A stretch of 64,000 bases of DNA from an uncultured Planctomycetaceae bacterium. Its GTDB lineage: Bacteria; Planctomycetota; Planctomycetia; Planctomycetales; Planctomycetaceae. The stretch's first letter is position 1. Every line of letters starts with the position of its first letter. The position numbers were made by a program, and so were the translations under genes. The stretch lies in contig CAWFAK010000008.1 of NCBI GenBank assembly GCA_963813715.1, positions 416,001 to 480,000 of the forward strand, in the 5' to 3' direction. Below are positions 47,754 through 59,841 of this stretch, piece after piece. Under the pieces are notes generated by a model. That model was not told where the DNA came from. It saw only the letters and a list, made by a program, of their open reading frames with translations, and ran no database searches.

Positions 47754-48452
47754 ATGAGAAAGCTCTTGGTCGGTTTTTCAGCCCTAGGCGTCCTCTGCTT
47801 TGCGACGCCCGCATTCGCTGGGTTTGCCATTTCGGCAACCGGCAACGTTCCGAACACCGCAACTGGTCTGGTGACGCCGCCGGCCAACGCCCAGTTGGAT
47901 ACCGCCCCGACGTACCAAATCTGGAATGAGCAACAAGGGACGCTCAGTTCGTCGGTCGCCGTCGACAACAACGGCGCCAATGGCAGCTACAGCGGCCTCT
48001 CTCCGGGCACTCCCACGACGTTGGGTGCCGGCACGCCTTACGGCACGACCTACGTTCAGCTGAACCCAGGCGTCAGCGGCACCGTTCAGTCGGGCGTGGC
48101 CACGATCCTCTTCAGCTCGAAGATCATTGGTCTGGCTCTGTCGGCCACTAACCTGTCGAACACGAACATCTACGGTGCTCCGGGGACCACCTACTCAGCA
48201 GATGGCGGTGGTGCGAACAACAACTTCGGTAGCGTCGTCGGGAAGAGCAACCAGTTCTTCACGATTACGGATGGCGGACGCGAGTTGGAAATTGCTTTGA
48301 CCGCGAACAACAACGGATTCAAAGACATCCGCGTGTTCACGGCCAACAATTCCACCTTTGTTCCCGAGCCGGCCTCGCTCATCGTGTGGTCGGTCCTGGG
48401 CACCGTGCTGAGCGGTGGAGCTTGGTTCCGCCGTCAGCGTCTCGCGGTCTAA
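47754..48452 (+). CDS. PEP-CTERM sorting domain protein 2 (paralog of protein 1)
   Basis: Signal peptide ending AFA; C-terminal VPEPASLIVWSVLGTVLSGGAWFRRQR. Confidence 0.92.
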   Translation: MRKLLVGFSALGVLCFATPAFAGFAISATGNVPNTATGLVTPPANAQLDTAPTYQIWNEQQGTLSSSVAVDNNGANGSYSGLSPGTPTTLGAGTPYGTTYVQLNPGVSGTVQSGVATILFSSKIIGLALSATNLSNTNIYGAPGTTYSADGGGANNNFGSVVGKSNQFFTITDGGRELEIALTANNNGFKDIRVFTANNSTFVPEPASLIVWSVLGTVLSGGAWFRRQRLAV

Positions 48453-48532
48453 CGCGAGATTCTGAGACTGATGCGGGCCGAGTCGCGTTCCAGCGCTTTG
48501 CTCTGGAAACGCGTAGTAAAACGAGAAGCTAA

Positions 48533-48580
48533 CAAAGGCTGCCTTGTGGCCAACCCCGCAAGGCAGCCTTTGCTTCATTA
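48533..48580 (+). terminator. Long hairpin after the PEP-CTERM genes, probable terminator
   Basis: CAAAGGCTGCCTTG...CAAGGCAGCCTTTG 14-bp perfect stem followed by CTTCATT; direct repeat TGCTTCATTAAGC at 48571 and 48589. Confidence 0.55.
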
Positions 48581-48655
48581 AGCCTCGCTGCTTCATTAAG
48601 CGGCGATACGGCGAGTTGCTGCTTCTCGGCACTCGCTCTCCGAGAGATCCTCAAT

Positions 48656-51600
48656 ATGGCGCGCCCTGCCGCCGATCCGCCTGAGTCCATTGCGAAATTC
48701 GCTTTGCCGGATCGAGTCGAGCCCCGTTCGCCCGCTCTTCGTCGGCTCTGCATCGGCCTGGGGACCTTTCTAGTTGCCCTCGGCGCCTGGAGCTATTGGC
48801 CGACGATTGTTGGCCTGATTCGCGTCTGGGACTCGAGCCCCGACTACTCGCACGGCTATCTCGTATTGCCGCTGGCCCTGCTGTTTCTTTGGCTCAGGCG
48901 GGATCGGCTGCCCCATTACCATCTCGAGCCGAGCTGGTGGGGCTTCTCGCTGATTGGGCTGACTGCGGTGCTCCGGGTTATTGGGGGGCGATTTTATCTC
49001 CCCGAGCTTGATAGCTACTCCATCCCCATCTGGTTGGCCGGCGTGTGCTGGCTCTTTGGTGGCGGCCGGTTCTTGCTTTGGACGCTGCCGTCGATCCTGT
49101 TCCTGTTTTTCATGGTGCCGTTGCCGGCGACCATTGAAACGCTCTTGAGCCGCCCGCTGCAGGCGCTTGCGACGACGATGAGCACATGGACGCTGCAGAG
49201 CCTGGGGCAGCCCGCCATTGCCGAAGGGACGACGATCCTGCTGGGAGACAACGTCCTCGAGGTCGAACGGGCGTGCAGCGGCCTGCGGATGTTTTACGGC
49301 ATTCTGGCCCTCTCCGTCGCCACGACAATCATCACCCGCGCCCGCTGGAGCGTGGCTCTGTGTTTGCTCGCGGCCGTCGCGCCGGTTGCCATCCTGGCCA
49401 ACACGCTGCGGATCACCATCACCGGTCTGTTGTACGAGTTTGTGTCGGGAGAGTCGGCCCGCAAGTTTTCGCACGACCTGGCCGGGATTCTGATGATCGC
49501 GCTGGCGATCATCTTCTTCCTCGCGGTCCTGTGGTTCATCGAGCGGACGATAGTGCGTTTTCGCCGGACGCAGGCCCGCGCGTTCCTGCAAACGGCCGTC
49601 GCGTTCCTCGTCGTCGCCGCCATCATTCCCTGCGGTTATTTCTGGCACGAACGGCAGCAGTCGCGAACGGTCGATCGGTTTCTCAAGCATGCCGACAAGC
49701 TGCAAGAGGAAGGCAAAGACCTCGATGCGATCGTCTTCTTGGATCGGTATCTCCATTTCAACCCGAACGATATGGGCGTCCGCGTGCGTCTCGTGCGCAC
49801 GGTCGATAAGGTCGCCACGAATCCGTTGCGAAAAATTCGTGCGATGGAGCTCTACCGCGACACGTGGAACCTCGATCCCAGCCGCGTGGAACTGGGCGAG
49901 CGCTGTGCCGACCTGGCGATCGAGCTGGCACGCTACGACGAGGCGCTCTCCGCGTCGTCGCAATTGGCGACGGCCGACTTGAAGCCCGCCGATTCGTCCG
50001 CGGCGGCCCAGGAAGACGCGACCCGACGCACGAGCGAGGCCCGGCGCTCCGCCGCCCGCCTGAAGGCGCTCGCGCTGTTGGGGCGCTCGATGCGGGCCGA
50101 CGTCGTAACGCCCGACGAGGAATGGCAGAAGATCGTCACCGCGTTCCAGGATGCGATCCGCCAGAGTCCAGCCGACATCGAACTTCCCGTGCGCCTGGCC
50201 GATATCGAGCGGCACCAGCTGAAGAGCGGCCCCGCGCCCACGCGACAAAAGGCGGCTGACGACATCATGAACGCGATGGTCCAGCGGAACCCTGAGCGTC
50301 CGGAAGCGTGGCTCGCGCGGTATCTGTATTGGAAGTCGCTCGTCGTCGCGAAGGAACCGGTGTCGACCGGATCGGACGCCGACCTGGATCGGGCCCTGGA
50401 GATCGGCCAGAAGGATCCGAAAAAGGAAAACGCGGAAGCGCTCCTGTTCGCGGGCGAACGGGCCGCGGACAAGAAGGACGTGCCCGCCGCCCGCAAGTTC
50501 TTCGAGCGGGCCACCGTAGTGCGGCCGACCGACTATCGGGGCTGGACGCGGCTCGGCCAACTCGCCGCGGAGGAGGGGACGGACGAGGCCCGCGCCCGCG
50601 CGGTGGAGATTCTGGAGCAAAGGGGTGGCGAGCGTCAACGAATACGATATGGAGCTCGTGCTGCCGCTCGCCGCCACGTTGATCCAACTGAAGCGTTTTG
50701 CCGACGCCGAAGAACGGCTGCGTCCACTCGATGCCTCGATGCCGCGGCTGCTGGAGCCGGGCCGGAGCCTGGTCGAGCTGGGAACGGCGCGATTGCGTGC
50801 GGCCGCCGCGGCCGCGCAGGGCAACATGATGGCGGCGGCGACGACGCTGCGGAACGTGCTCAACGGAACCCGCGCCGGCAGCGCCAGTGGCATTTACCGC
50901 ATCCCGTACGCGGACGGCTGGATGCAGCTGGGCGATTATTACGCCGAGCTCAAGCTCGACGACGAGGCCACGGAAGCCTACGAGTCGGCGGGTCGGTTGA
51001 ATGAGAACGTGCCGGAGTGGGAAACGAAGGCTGCCCAGGCGTCCGAGCGTTGCGGCCGTCCGAGCGACGCTGCCCAGCAACTGCGCGCCGTGGTCCGCCA
51101 CAATCCGTCTCCCGCCAATTGGCTCGCCTTGGCCCGCGCGAGCTTCCTGGAGCAGGTCAGTCTCGCACCGACGCAACGCAACTGGCACGACTTCCGCGAG
51201 GCTTTCGATAAGGTCGCGGAAAGTAAGACTAACGGCGGCCCACTGAATGTCATGCAGGCCGAATTCCTCACGAGCGAGGGGCAGGTTGACCAAGCGGTGC
51301 AGCTGCTCACCAAGGCACTGGCGAAGTCGCCCAAGGTCTGGCAGTACTGGCAATCGCTGGCGCTGATCCAGCAGCGCCGTAAGGACGCTGCGGCGGCCAA
51401 GCAGGCGATCGAACAGTTTGAGAAGACCGCCCCCGACCACGATACGGTGGTTTCGTTCGAGGTGCGGCTCGCGGTCGAAGCCGGCCGCTTCGATGAAGCC
51501 AAAAAGCTGCTGGAAGCCTCGCTGGCGGCCCTGTCTCCGGCCGGCAAAGCGGCGGCTCGCGATCAACTCGTGGAGATCGAGCTCCGCCAGGGCCATCGCC

Positions 51601-53901
51601 AGGAGGCTCGGCGCCGCCTCGAGCAAGCCTCCACCGAAGAGCCGAACAATCTGCAGGTCCTGGATTTGCTCGGCCAGATCATCGCCGACGATCGCGATTG
51701 GAAGGCCCTCGAAGACATCGAGAACCGTTTGAAGAAGATCGAGGGAGACGACGGGACCCTGTGGCGCGAGTTGCGCGTGCGGCGGCTGATCTCCCAAATC
51801 GTGGAAACCGACGACCCGTTGCTCCCCGACGCCGAACGGCTGACTCGCGAAATCGCCTCAGTGCGGCCCAACTGGCAGCGACGTTGGGTGCTGCAGGGGA
51901 TGTTGGCGCGGCGGCAGAATCAGCCCGACGAGGCGATCGCCGCCTACCAGCAGGCGATCCGCCTGGGCAACCGCAGCATTGGTCTCGCGGAAGAATTGAT
52001 CGACCTGCTCAACGAGCAGCATCGCTTCACCGAGGCGGACGGCGAATTCGAGCGCGTGCGGCAGGCCGTCGCTCGTTCGAGCCGCTTGTCGTCCGCAGCC
52101 ATCCCGATTTATGTGCGGCGCGGCGAATCGGACGAGGCGCTCCGCCTGGCCGAGGACTGGGTCCGTCGCCAACCGGCCGACGCGTCGAACTATGTGCGGT
52201 TGGGTCGCACGCTGCTGTTGACGACGCCGGAAAATTCGCCGGAATATCCCAAGTCCGTCAAACGGGCTCAAACCGCCTACGAGCACGCAGTCGAGCTGGC
52301 CCCGGGCGACGTGCGCGTCTGGATCGTGCTCTTCCGCTTCTACACGGGCGTGCAGAAAAACGCCGAGGCGGCCAGCGCCATGCTGACACGTCTGGCCCAG
52401 CGGATCGACGTGCCCGAAACGCAGCGGGTCTTCGTGCTGGCCCAATTGTATGAGGCGATCGGCAATCGGTCGGAGGCGGGCCGGTTCTATCTTGCCGCCA
52501 TCAAGGCCGCGCCCGCGGACATGCAGACGATCGTGCTGCAGCGGGCCGCGCAGTTCTTTGTGCTCGAAGACCCGGCGCAGGCCGAGGCCTATTGCCGTCA
52601 ATTGCTCAAACTGCGATCCAAGTCAGTCGACGCGCGGCGGACGCTCGTGCGGGCGCTGGCTGAGCAAGGGGGCGAGCAACGGTTCCGCGAAGCAGCCGGC
52701 CTGCTGAGTGAGCTGGCGAAAACGCGCGAAAGCAGCCTGGGCGACAAGCGGCTCGAAGCCATTCTGCTGGCACGCACGGGCAATGCCGCGGATCGGCAGC
52801 GGGCGAGCGAGCTGCTCGAGGCGTTCGTGCAAATTCCTCAGCAGGCGGCCCGACAGGATCGGCTGCTCTTGGCTTCGCTCTACGAGACCGACCATCGGCT
52901 GATGCCGGCCTACGAACAGCTCCTGGCCCTGTCGCGGCAAGACGATGCCGCGGCGGCCGACCTGGTCCTCTACGCGCAATTCCTGCTGCGAAACGCGGGC
53001 GAACAGCCGCAATTTTCCGACTACGCGGAACCCGTGCTCGCCCGCTTGGAACAGGATCCTCTCAACCGGGCCAGCGCCGTCCAGTTGCGCCTTGAGACGG
53101 CCAGCAAGCTGCCCGCGAGCCTGCGGCAAACCAAGATCCGCCAGATTATCGATCAGGCGACCAAGCGGTTCGTGACGCAGGAAAAGGACGACGTGTTGCG
53201 TCGCGACACGTTGACCAAGCTGCTGGTTCTCTTGGCCCATCAAGATTTGGTCGACGAAGCGATCGGGCTGGTGACGACCAAACGCGTTTGTTCGGATCTG
53301 GATACAGCCATCGCCCTGGCCGACGCCCTGACCTTGCTGCCGCGCGAATCGCCGCTCACCCAAAAGGGCGGCCCGATCCTCAAAACGGCCGTCGAAAAAT
53401 TCCCGCGATCGCCGGAGCTGTTGTATTCGCTGGGTAACGTGAGTTACATGACCGGCGCGCGACGAGGCCATTGCCCTTTATCGCCGCTCGCTCGACGTGC
53501 GGCCCGCCGACAAGCTGGCGCTCAATAACCTGGCACTGGCGCTCGCGGACAAGCCGGAAGGCATCGCCGAAGGGCTCAAGACTGTCGACCAGGCATTGCA
53601 AAAGTACGGGAGCGAAGTGGCTCTACTCGATACGAAGGGCCAGCTCCTGGTCCTCTCGGGGAAACCGAACGAGGGGATCGCGCTATTGGCGGCGGCCGTC
53701 TCTGTGCAAGGCACGGACCCGCTGCTCTTGTTGCACTTGGCCAACGCCTATCTTGCCGGGGGCAAGCCGGCGGAAGCCCGTTCGACCTATCGCCGAGCCC
53801 AGGTGTTCAACATCGCGTCGCTGGTGCTGACCCCCGGCGACCGCGCGATCATCGAGCGGCTCGAAGCCCAAACTCGCCAGACCGCAGCCTCGGGAGGTTG
53901 A
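48656..53901 (+). CDS. Exosortase (EpsH family) apparently fused to a very long TPR-repeat protein, about 1750 aa (frameshifts near 50620 and 53455)
   Basis: PDYSHGYLV, EVERACSGLRM (Cys), ANTLRI (Arg) and FSHDLAG (His), then in frame a further TM helix and many TPR-like repeats ending LNNLALAL...LLDTKG...LHLANAY. Confidence 0.8.
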
Positions 53902-53904
53902 TCG

Positions 53905-54591
53905 ATGTACGCCAGCTTTAACACTTCGCGGGGCCGAACCACGGTCGCGGTGATGCTCGTCGGTCTCGTGCTGCTGACCGCCGTGCCGGCCATCGTCCAG
54001 GGCGTTCTAACGCGGCGCTGGCACGGAGCGGCCGACCTGTCCGGGGGCGCGAAGCGACTGGTCGATTTCCCCACGCAGTTTGGCGACTGGCAGCAACAGG
54101 GCGAAGAAGATCCGGTTCCCGAAGACGCCATTCGCGAACTGCAGTGTGCCGGCTGCTTTAATCGCCACTATGTCAATCAGCGGCTGGGGCGCGACGTGAC
54201 GGTGATTGTGATGGTCGGTCCGGCCGGCCCACTCATCCGTCACCCGCCCGAAATCTGTTACGGCAACCGCGCCAACCAATTGCTCTCCAAACCCGTCGAC
54301 GTGGAATTGACGACCTCGGACAAGATCGCCCACAAGCTGCGGCTATTGCGCTACGCCAATCCGCGGGCCATGTCCGGCGAATTCTCGGTCTGCTACGGCT
54401 GGTCGGAAAGCGGCGCCTGGGACGTCCCGGCGTATCCGCGCGTCGAATATGGAGCGGCACCCATGCTCTTCAAGATGCAGGTGCTCTCGACCGACGCGAT
54501 CCCCAAGGACGGCGGACTACCGACGGCGACTGCCAAGTTCCTCGACGATTTTTTGCCCCTCTTGCGCGATCGGGTGCTGGCGGCAAAATAG
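53905..54591 (+). CDS. Exosortase-associated EpsI family protein
   Basis: N-terminal TM helix, FPTQFGDWQ and HPPEICY motifs; directly after the exosortase. Confidence 0.82.
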   Translation: MYASFNTSRGRTTVAVMLVGLVLLTAVPAIVQGVLTRRWHGAADLSGGAKRLVDFPTQFGDWQQQGEEDPVPEDAIRELQCAGCFNRHYVNQRLGRDVTVIVMVGPAGPLIRHPPEICYGNRANQLLSKPVDVELTTSDKIAHKLRLLRYANPRAMSGEFSVCYGWSESGAWDVPAYPRVEYGAAPMLFKMQVLSTDAIPKDGGLPTATAKFLDDFLPLLRDRVLAAK

Positions 54592-54623
54592 CGGGGTCCG
54601 CCGCGCGGGGGTCTCGATTCCGC

Positions 54624-55218
54624 ATGCTGCTGTTGCAGAAGCCGTCTCCGGCAGGCGCAGTGCGCGTTCCTCGATCGCCAGCGCGGCAGGGCGTTCTCTT
54701 ACAACACACTCGGCTGCACGTCCGCAGACGTTGTGCCGCAGGGCTACGTGCGCGATCACGAGAGAACAGAATTGGGACGTGGTCCCGACGTTTTTTCCGC
54801 GGCCTCGGCGGCGCTACGGGCCTGGAAGATGTTCGACCTGGGATGGGTCGCGGTCGTCGATCCCGCGTGCCCGCTCGCGGCCGGACGCGAAGTCGGCGTT
54901 CTGGCCCGAGTCGGCTGCTTGTGGACGCTCAACGCGTGCCGCATCCTCGAAGTTTTCGACGAGCCGGGCCGCCGACTGGGCTTTGTCTACGGCACGCTCG
55001 ATGAGCACGCGGCTGAGGGGGAGGAACGGTTCCTGGTCGAGCTCGATTCAGCGGGACGCGTCTGGTTTGACCTGATTGCCGTTTCCCGTCCCCACCGCTG
55101 GTACGTTCGTGTTGGTCGGCCCGTCGCTCGTCTTCTCCAGCGACGGTTTCGCCGGGACGCTGCCGCCGTCATGCTCCGTGCTGCGCAGCTTGTCCCGCAA
55201 GGAACGCAGCACGGATAG
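54624..55218 (+). CDS. DUF1990 family protein (frameshift near 54660)
   Basis: LGRGPDVFSAASAALRAWKMF, NACRI and GFVYGTLDEHAAEGEERF motifs. Confidence 0.85.
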
Positions 55219-55779
55219 CGGGGTCCGGCGTTGCGGCCGGGCCGCTTCGGGTTGAGCGGCAGGCGCGGCCGCGCCTGCGGCCGGCCGCGTTTTCGGGGCT
55301 TTCGCCAAGTCGGCACCTTTCGGCGCGCAAATCACCAGCACAAACACGATCACCGCGGCGGGCAGCCCGATAAAGAGCGTCGCCGCCAGCAGCATCTTCT
55401 TGATCGCCGTGCCGAAGTCCGACGACGCGGCGGGCACGTCCTTCCGCAGAACTTGGCCGCAGAAGGGGCACGCGGCACTGCCTCGCGCGACTTTCCTGTC
55501 GCAGTGAGGACAGACCGCGCTCGTCAATCGCACGGCAACGTTCTTCGTCCAACGCAGAGTGCCCGGCCGTCCCGAAAGGGCGAAGCCACCCTTGGAGGAG
55601 CCGTCGTCGAACCAGAAGTCGGCGCCGCCGTGGTTCGGGGTCACGGGCGCCGCCGGCGCGGGCTGGGACACGAGATTGGGGCTGCGCACTGACGCCACGG
55701 CTCCGCAGCGCGGACACGTCGTCCCCGTTGGGCTGTCGTCCGTCTCGAACACGGCATCGCATTTCGCACAGTGAGTCAT
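55048..55779 (-). CDS. Zinc-ribbon membrane protein; 3' end uncertain
   Basis: CAKC/CPRC and CPHC/CPFC pairs followed by a TM helix. Confidence 0.6.
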   Translation of the reverse strand: MTHCAKCDAVFETDDSPTGTTCPRCGAVASVRSPNLVSQPAPAAPVTPNHGGADFWFDDGSSKGGFALSGRPGTLRWTKNVAVRLTSAVCPHCDRKVARGSAACPFCGQVLRKDVPAASSDFGTAIKKMLLAATLFIGLPAAVIVFVLVICAPKGADLAKAPKTRPAAGAAAPAAQPEAARPQRRTPLSVLRSLRDKLRSTEHDGGSVPAKPSLEKTSDGPTNTNVPAVGTGNGNQVKPDASR

Positions 55780-55912
55780 CAACACGAGATCACCTTGACC
55801 GTCGTCGGCACGCCCTCGTGGCTCCGCTCGATGATCGCGGTTCGCCGGCGAGACAGTCCTCCGTACCTTGCAAACGTAATCGGCCCGCGAATGGATCACC
55901 GACCCGCTGGGG

Positions 55913-56792
55913 CTAACTGTCAGTCGCCGCGGGAGTTCGGGCAGCGTCGGCCGAACGGTTTCGGGCCGGATCGGCTGCCGGCGTTGCCGATTTTCCGCAG
56001 ACGTGCTGCAAGTGGTGAAAAAAGATGCCCGCCGCGACGGCCACGTTCAGCGAGTCGGCCCCCGCCGCCATCGGAATTGTCAGTTTGCGGGCACAAAGCT
56101 CGACCCACGACGGGTCCAGGCCGTGCTTCTCGTTGCCGAACAGCAATCCCATTTTGACCGCAGGCGCCGCCGATTCAAGCGGCTCGGCCGCCGCCGTCCA
56201 GAACCGTGGCGCACAACTCGAAGCCAAATTCGTCGCGGAGGCGGACGAGATCGCCTCGCAAGTCGACCGATTCGACGATCGGCAATGTGAAGGCCGTCCC
56301 CATCGAAACTCGCAGCACGCGTCGCGAAAATGGATCGGCGCAGCCGGGCCCCAGAATCACTCCCGCCAGGCCGAAGCCCGCGCTCAGACGGATGATCGCG
56401 CCGATGTTTTCCGGGTCGTTCACGTTCGGACAGACGGCGACGAGGGAGGAACGGCCGTCGGGCCCAGCGAGTGCCGCCAGTGGCGGGCTCGGCTCGCGGA
56501 GTCCGCAGGCCAGCACTCCCGTGTGAAACGAATAGCCGACGAGCTGTTCGGCCAGCGCGTGCTCGAGGAAATAAATCGGGCAGTCGGGCGGGACGTTCGC
56601 TGGCAGTTGCCGCTGGAGTTCCCGGCTCACCAGGATCGACTGGATCGGAAAGCGGCTGGCCAAGAGCCGCTCGACGACGAGCGACCCCTCGGCGATGAAC
56701 TGGTTCGTCCACCGGGTGCGATTCGTCGCCTTGAGATTGCGAAATGGCTCGAGCCGCGAGTCATCGAGTTCGGCGATGATTTCGATGCTCAT
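55913..56792 (-). CDS. TrmH/SpoU family RNA methyltransferase (frameshift near 56180)
   Basis: FIAEG, NVNDPENIGAIIR, DPFSRRVLRVSMG, then LFGNEKHGL and IPMAAGADSLNVAVAAGI SPOUT motifs. Confidence 0.92.
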
Positions 56793-56925
56793 CGACGAGC
56801 CTGTCACAATTCGAGCTGGAACGAGAGAAAAGCCGGGCCGGGCGGCGCACCGCAAACGTGAAAGTCGTGCAGTTTCAGCCGCCCCGCCCCATCTTCCCAA
56901 CTCGATCTGCCCGCGGCCAGTCCAC

Positions 56926-56956
56926 AAAAAAAACGCGCCGGAGTGCGGCGCGTTTT
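56926..56956 (-). terminator. Rho-independent terminator of the DUF309 gene
   Basis: Stem AAAACGCGCCG/CGGCGCGTTTT with a T8 run on the minus strand, just downstream of the stop. Confidence 0.8.
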
Positions 56957-56982
56957 GAAAGCGGAAGGGCCGATTGGGCCGG

Positions 56983-57555
56983 TTAAATTTCGGCGAAGGG
57001 CATCGGCTCCGGCTGCAGCATGAACGGGAACACGCGGACCGGCTTGCCGACCGAGTAATCGCGGTCGTAGCTGATCTGCGCCGCGCGGTCGGCGGCAAAC
57101 TGCAGCATCGTAAATTCCAGACCGCAGAAGCGATCGGTGCCGATCTCGGCGGCGACGTCGGCGAAGACTTCGCCGGCGGACGCGGCATGACGGCGGACGC
57201 CATGGATGCTGTACTCGCGAACCTTCACGCCGGCCGCGGCCAGCTTGATCAATCCGCGGAGGAAGCGTCCGACGGCGCATTCGGGTCCGGCCAGCCGCCA
57301 CAGGCGTTCCCACTCTTCGTGGGCCTCCCAGTAGAAGCCCGCGTTGAAGTAGTCGAGGGCGAGCAGATACGTGCGATTGTCCGCCCAGTTCTCCGGCACG
57401 AGCGGCATCGAGGAACGGCCCTTGCGGCTATAGCTGTGGCCCCGCGGATCGCGCAGGGGATGAGGCGAACTCGTCCCCGGCACGTACGTGTAGGCCGGCA
57501 GCTCGGCGGCCGGCAGCAGCCGGTCGGGCCGAGAGGGCATTGTGTCAACAGCCAT
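56983..57555 (-). CDS. DUF309 domain protein
   Basis: [19 protein letters not shown] and [17 protein letters not shown]...[10 protein letters not shown] motifs. Confidence 0.88.
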   Translation of the reverse strand: MAVDTMPSRPDRLLPAAELPAYTYVPGTSSPHPLRDPRGHSYSRKGRSSMPLVPENWADNRTYLLALDYFNAGFYWEAHEEWERLWRLAGPECAVGRFLRGLIKLAAAGVKVREYSIHGVRRHAASAGEVFADVAAEIGTDRFCGLEFTMLQFAADRAAQISYDRDYSVGKPVRVFPFMLQPEPMPFAEI

Positions 57556-58282
57556 CCTGTCCTTTCTCCTTGCAGTCGTAGTAGTACCCCGGTCTCGCCG
57601 GCGCTTGGCGCCGGTAGCCGACTTCGTCGGCGTCTTGAGGCCCGCCTTGCCAGAAGCCATATGAAAACGTCTACGCATAATGCAGTCAAACCGATTGAGG
57701 GGATAGTTGGTGGCCGAGATACGCAAATCGGCCGCGGTCTCTTATCTTCGTTGAATTCCCCACCGCCGGACCGTCCGCGACGGTTGGAATAGCCAACCCA
57801 AAGTCAGCGAACGGATCGGCTGCTTTTCCCGGGCGCTTTGTCCCAGAGTTGTGGTCCGCCAAACGGACCTTCAAATGGTCGGTACGCTGAGGTTCGTCGT
57901 GGACGCTTCACGCCGAAGCGGCCCGTTCCCTGGGTTCGAATTCGTCCTTGCCGGGCGACTCGTCGGAAGGATTTGTCAGGCCGGGCTGCTGAGCACGGCC
58001 GTGTCGCCGGTCTAGTGGCGGAAGGAACTCTCCATCCCTAAGATATGCGCAGAATTCTGTGAAAAAACAGCCCAAATCCGTCGTGGTGCAAGGAATTGTG
58101 TGATTTTTTGCCCAGCACCGCCGAGAGTCGAAGGTCACTTAAAGATTCGTTAATGTGAGCCTCCCGGCCGTTGGGACTCTGGGTAATTGTTTCCAGCTTT
58201 TGGGAACGCTCGGGCTCAGTTTCCCGCCATTTGTCCCATTTTTTGACTCGCGCTGGTAAACCGCGTGAGAGGAAGCCTTCCA

Positions 58283-59032
58283 ATGACCGTGACCGGCGGA
58301 TTGACACCTGCACAGCTGGCCGAACTGGTGAAGTACGACACGCCGACCGTTTGCAACGTGATCGAGCTCTTCGACGTCCGCCCTCGCAACGCGGGCTACA
58401 TGAACGAGTCGATTAAGGCCTGCTTCCCGCAGATGCCGCCGATCGCTGGTTACGCACTGACCTCCTTCTTCCGCAGCCAGGCACCGCCAAGCGGAGGCGA
58501 TGTTTACGCAAGCCTCACGAAGCAGGTGGACGGCTTCGGCGGGCTGCCCGGGCCGGCCATCGTCGTCTTCCAGGACGTCGACTTGCCGATAGCCGCCGCC
58601 ACCTTCGGTGAAGTGATGTGCACCACCTACAAGGCGTTTGGCGCCCAGGGGCTGATCACTTCGGGGACGGGCCGGGATCTCGACCAGGTCGAGCGGATCG
58701 GCTTTCCCTGCTTCACGTCGGGGGCGACCTGCGCCCACGGTTACAGCCACATCCTGGCCGTCGGCGTGCCGGTGGTCGTCGGCGGCATCACGATCTATCA
58801 AGGGGACCTCTTACACGCCGATCGCAACGGAGTGAGCACGATCCCACACGAGATCGCCTCGGAGGTGGCCGGCTGCTGCCGGGAATTCGCGGCCGCCGAA
58901 CAGATTATTTTCGACTACCTCAAAGGGCCGAAGATCACCGTATCGGGCTTTGACGAGGCCCGCCGGGCCTGTGGCGACGCCATCGAAACGCTGGGTAAAC
59001 GGGTGCGACGCGGCCCGCGGACCGGCTCGTAG
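58283..59032 (+). CDS. RraA family protein (HMG/CHA aldolase-like)
   Basis: [24 protein letters not shown] and [11 protein letters not shown] motifs. Confidence 0.88.
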   Translation: MTVTGGLTPAQLAELVKYDTPTVCNVIELFDVRPRNAGYMNESIKACFPQMPPIAGYALTSFFRSQAPPSGGDVYASLTKQVDGFGGLPGPAIVVFQDVDLPIAAATFGEVMCTTYKAFGAQGLITSGTGRDLDQVERIGFPCFTSGATCAHGYSHILAVGVPVVVGGITIYQGDLLHADRNGVSTIPHEIASEVAGCCREFAAAEQIIFDYLKGPKITVSGFDEARRACGDAIETLGKRVRRGPRTGS

Positions 59033-59104
59033 CCTGTGACCGCTCATTTTCGCTCGCGAATCACCGATGGACTCGACGGGCTGCCGGAGCCTGACGCGAA
59101 TAGG

Positions 59105-59800
59105 TTAAACGCTCAGGTGCTTCGCCACGACGTCGGGCGTCAGCTGGGCCGTCTCGCCTTCAGCGACGACCTGGCCGCGGTTCATGATGTAGAAGTGGTG
59201 TCCGAACTCGCGGACGAAATCGAGATACTGCTCGACGACGACGATCGTCATCCCCAGGTCGTCGACGAACTTGTGCAGCACGCGGCCGATCTGATCGATA
59301 ATGCTCGGCTGGATGCCTTCGGTCGGCTCGTCCAGCAGCAGCACCTTCGGGCCGCCGACGAGCGCCCGGGCGATCGCCAATTGCTGCTGCTGCCCGCCGG
59401 ACAAATCGCCCCCCATCCGACCGGCCATGGTCTTGAGGATCGGGAAGAGCGAGTAAACTTCCTCGGGAATGGTGCGGGAGCGATCGGCGCGGGCCTGCAG
59501 ACCGATCCGCAGGTTTTCCTCGACCGTCAGCTTGGGAAAGATTTCGCGGCCCTGAGGGACGAGGGCCAGCCCCGCCCGTGCGCGGCGGTAGGCGGGCAGA
59601 CGCGTCAGGTCTTTGTCGCCCATCACCACAGAGCCGGCGGAGGGACGCAGCACGCCCATCAGGTTCCGCATCAGCGTGGTCTTGCCGACACCGTTGCGGC
59701 CCATCACGCAGGTCACCCGCCCCTTGGAAATCTCCATGTTGATGCCCCGCAGCGTGGGGATCGTGCCGTAGGAGAAGGAGAGATTGTGGATCGAAAGCAT
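59105..59800 (-). CDS. urtE: Urea ABC transporter ATP-binding subunit
   Basis: GRNGVGKTT, VPQGREIFP and LSGGQQQQLAIARAL...LDEPTEGIQPSII motifs. Confidence 0.92.
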   Translation of the reverse strand: MLSIHNLSFSYGTIPTLRGINMEISKGRVTCVMGRNGVGKTTLMRNLMGVLRPSAGSVVMGDKDLTRLPAYRRARAGLALVPQGREIFPKLTVEENLRIGLQARADRSRTIPEEVYSLFPILKTMAGRMGGDLSGGQQQQLAIARALVGGPKVLLLDEPTEGIQPSIIDQIGRVLHKFVDDLGMTIVVVEQYLDFVREFGHHFYIMNRGQVVAEGETAQLTPDVVAKHLSV

Positions 59801-59841
59801 GTCGCCGGCTTCGAGTTTTGTTCGTGCGTCGGGCGGGGAAC

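Noticed and set aside
55048..55218. Convergent 170-bp overlap between the DUF1990 gene and the zinc-ribbon gene
   Set aside because: The overlapping tail is low-information, and the indel rate makes the stop position unreliable.
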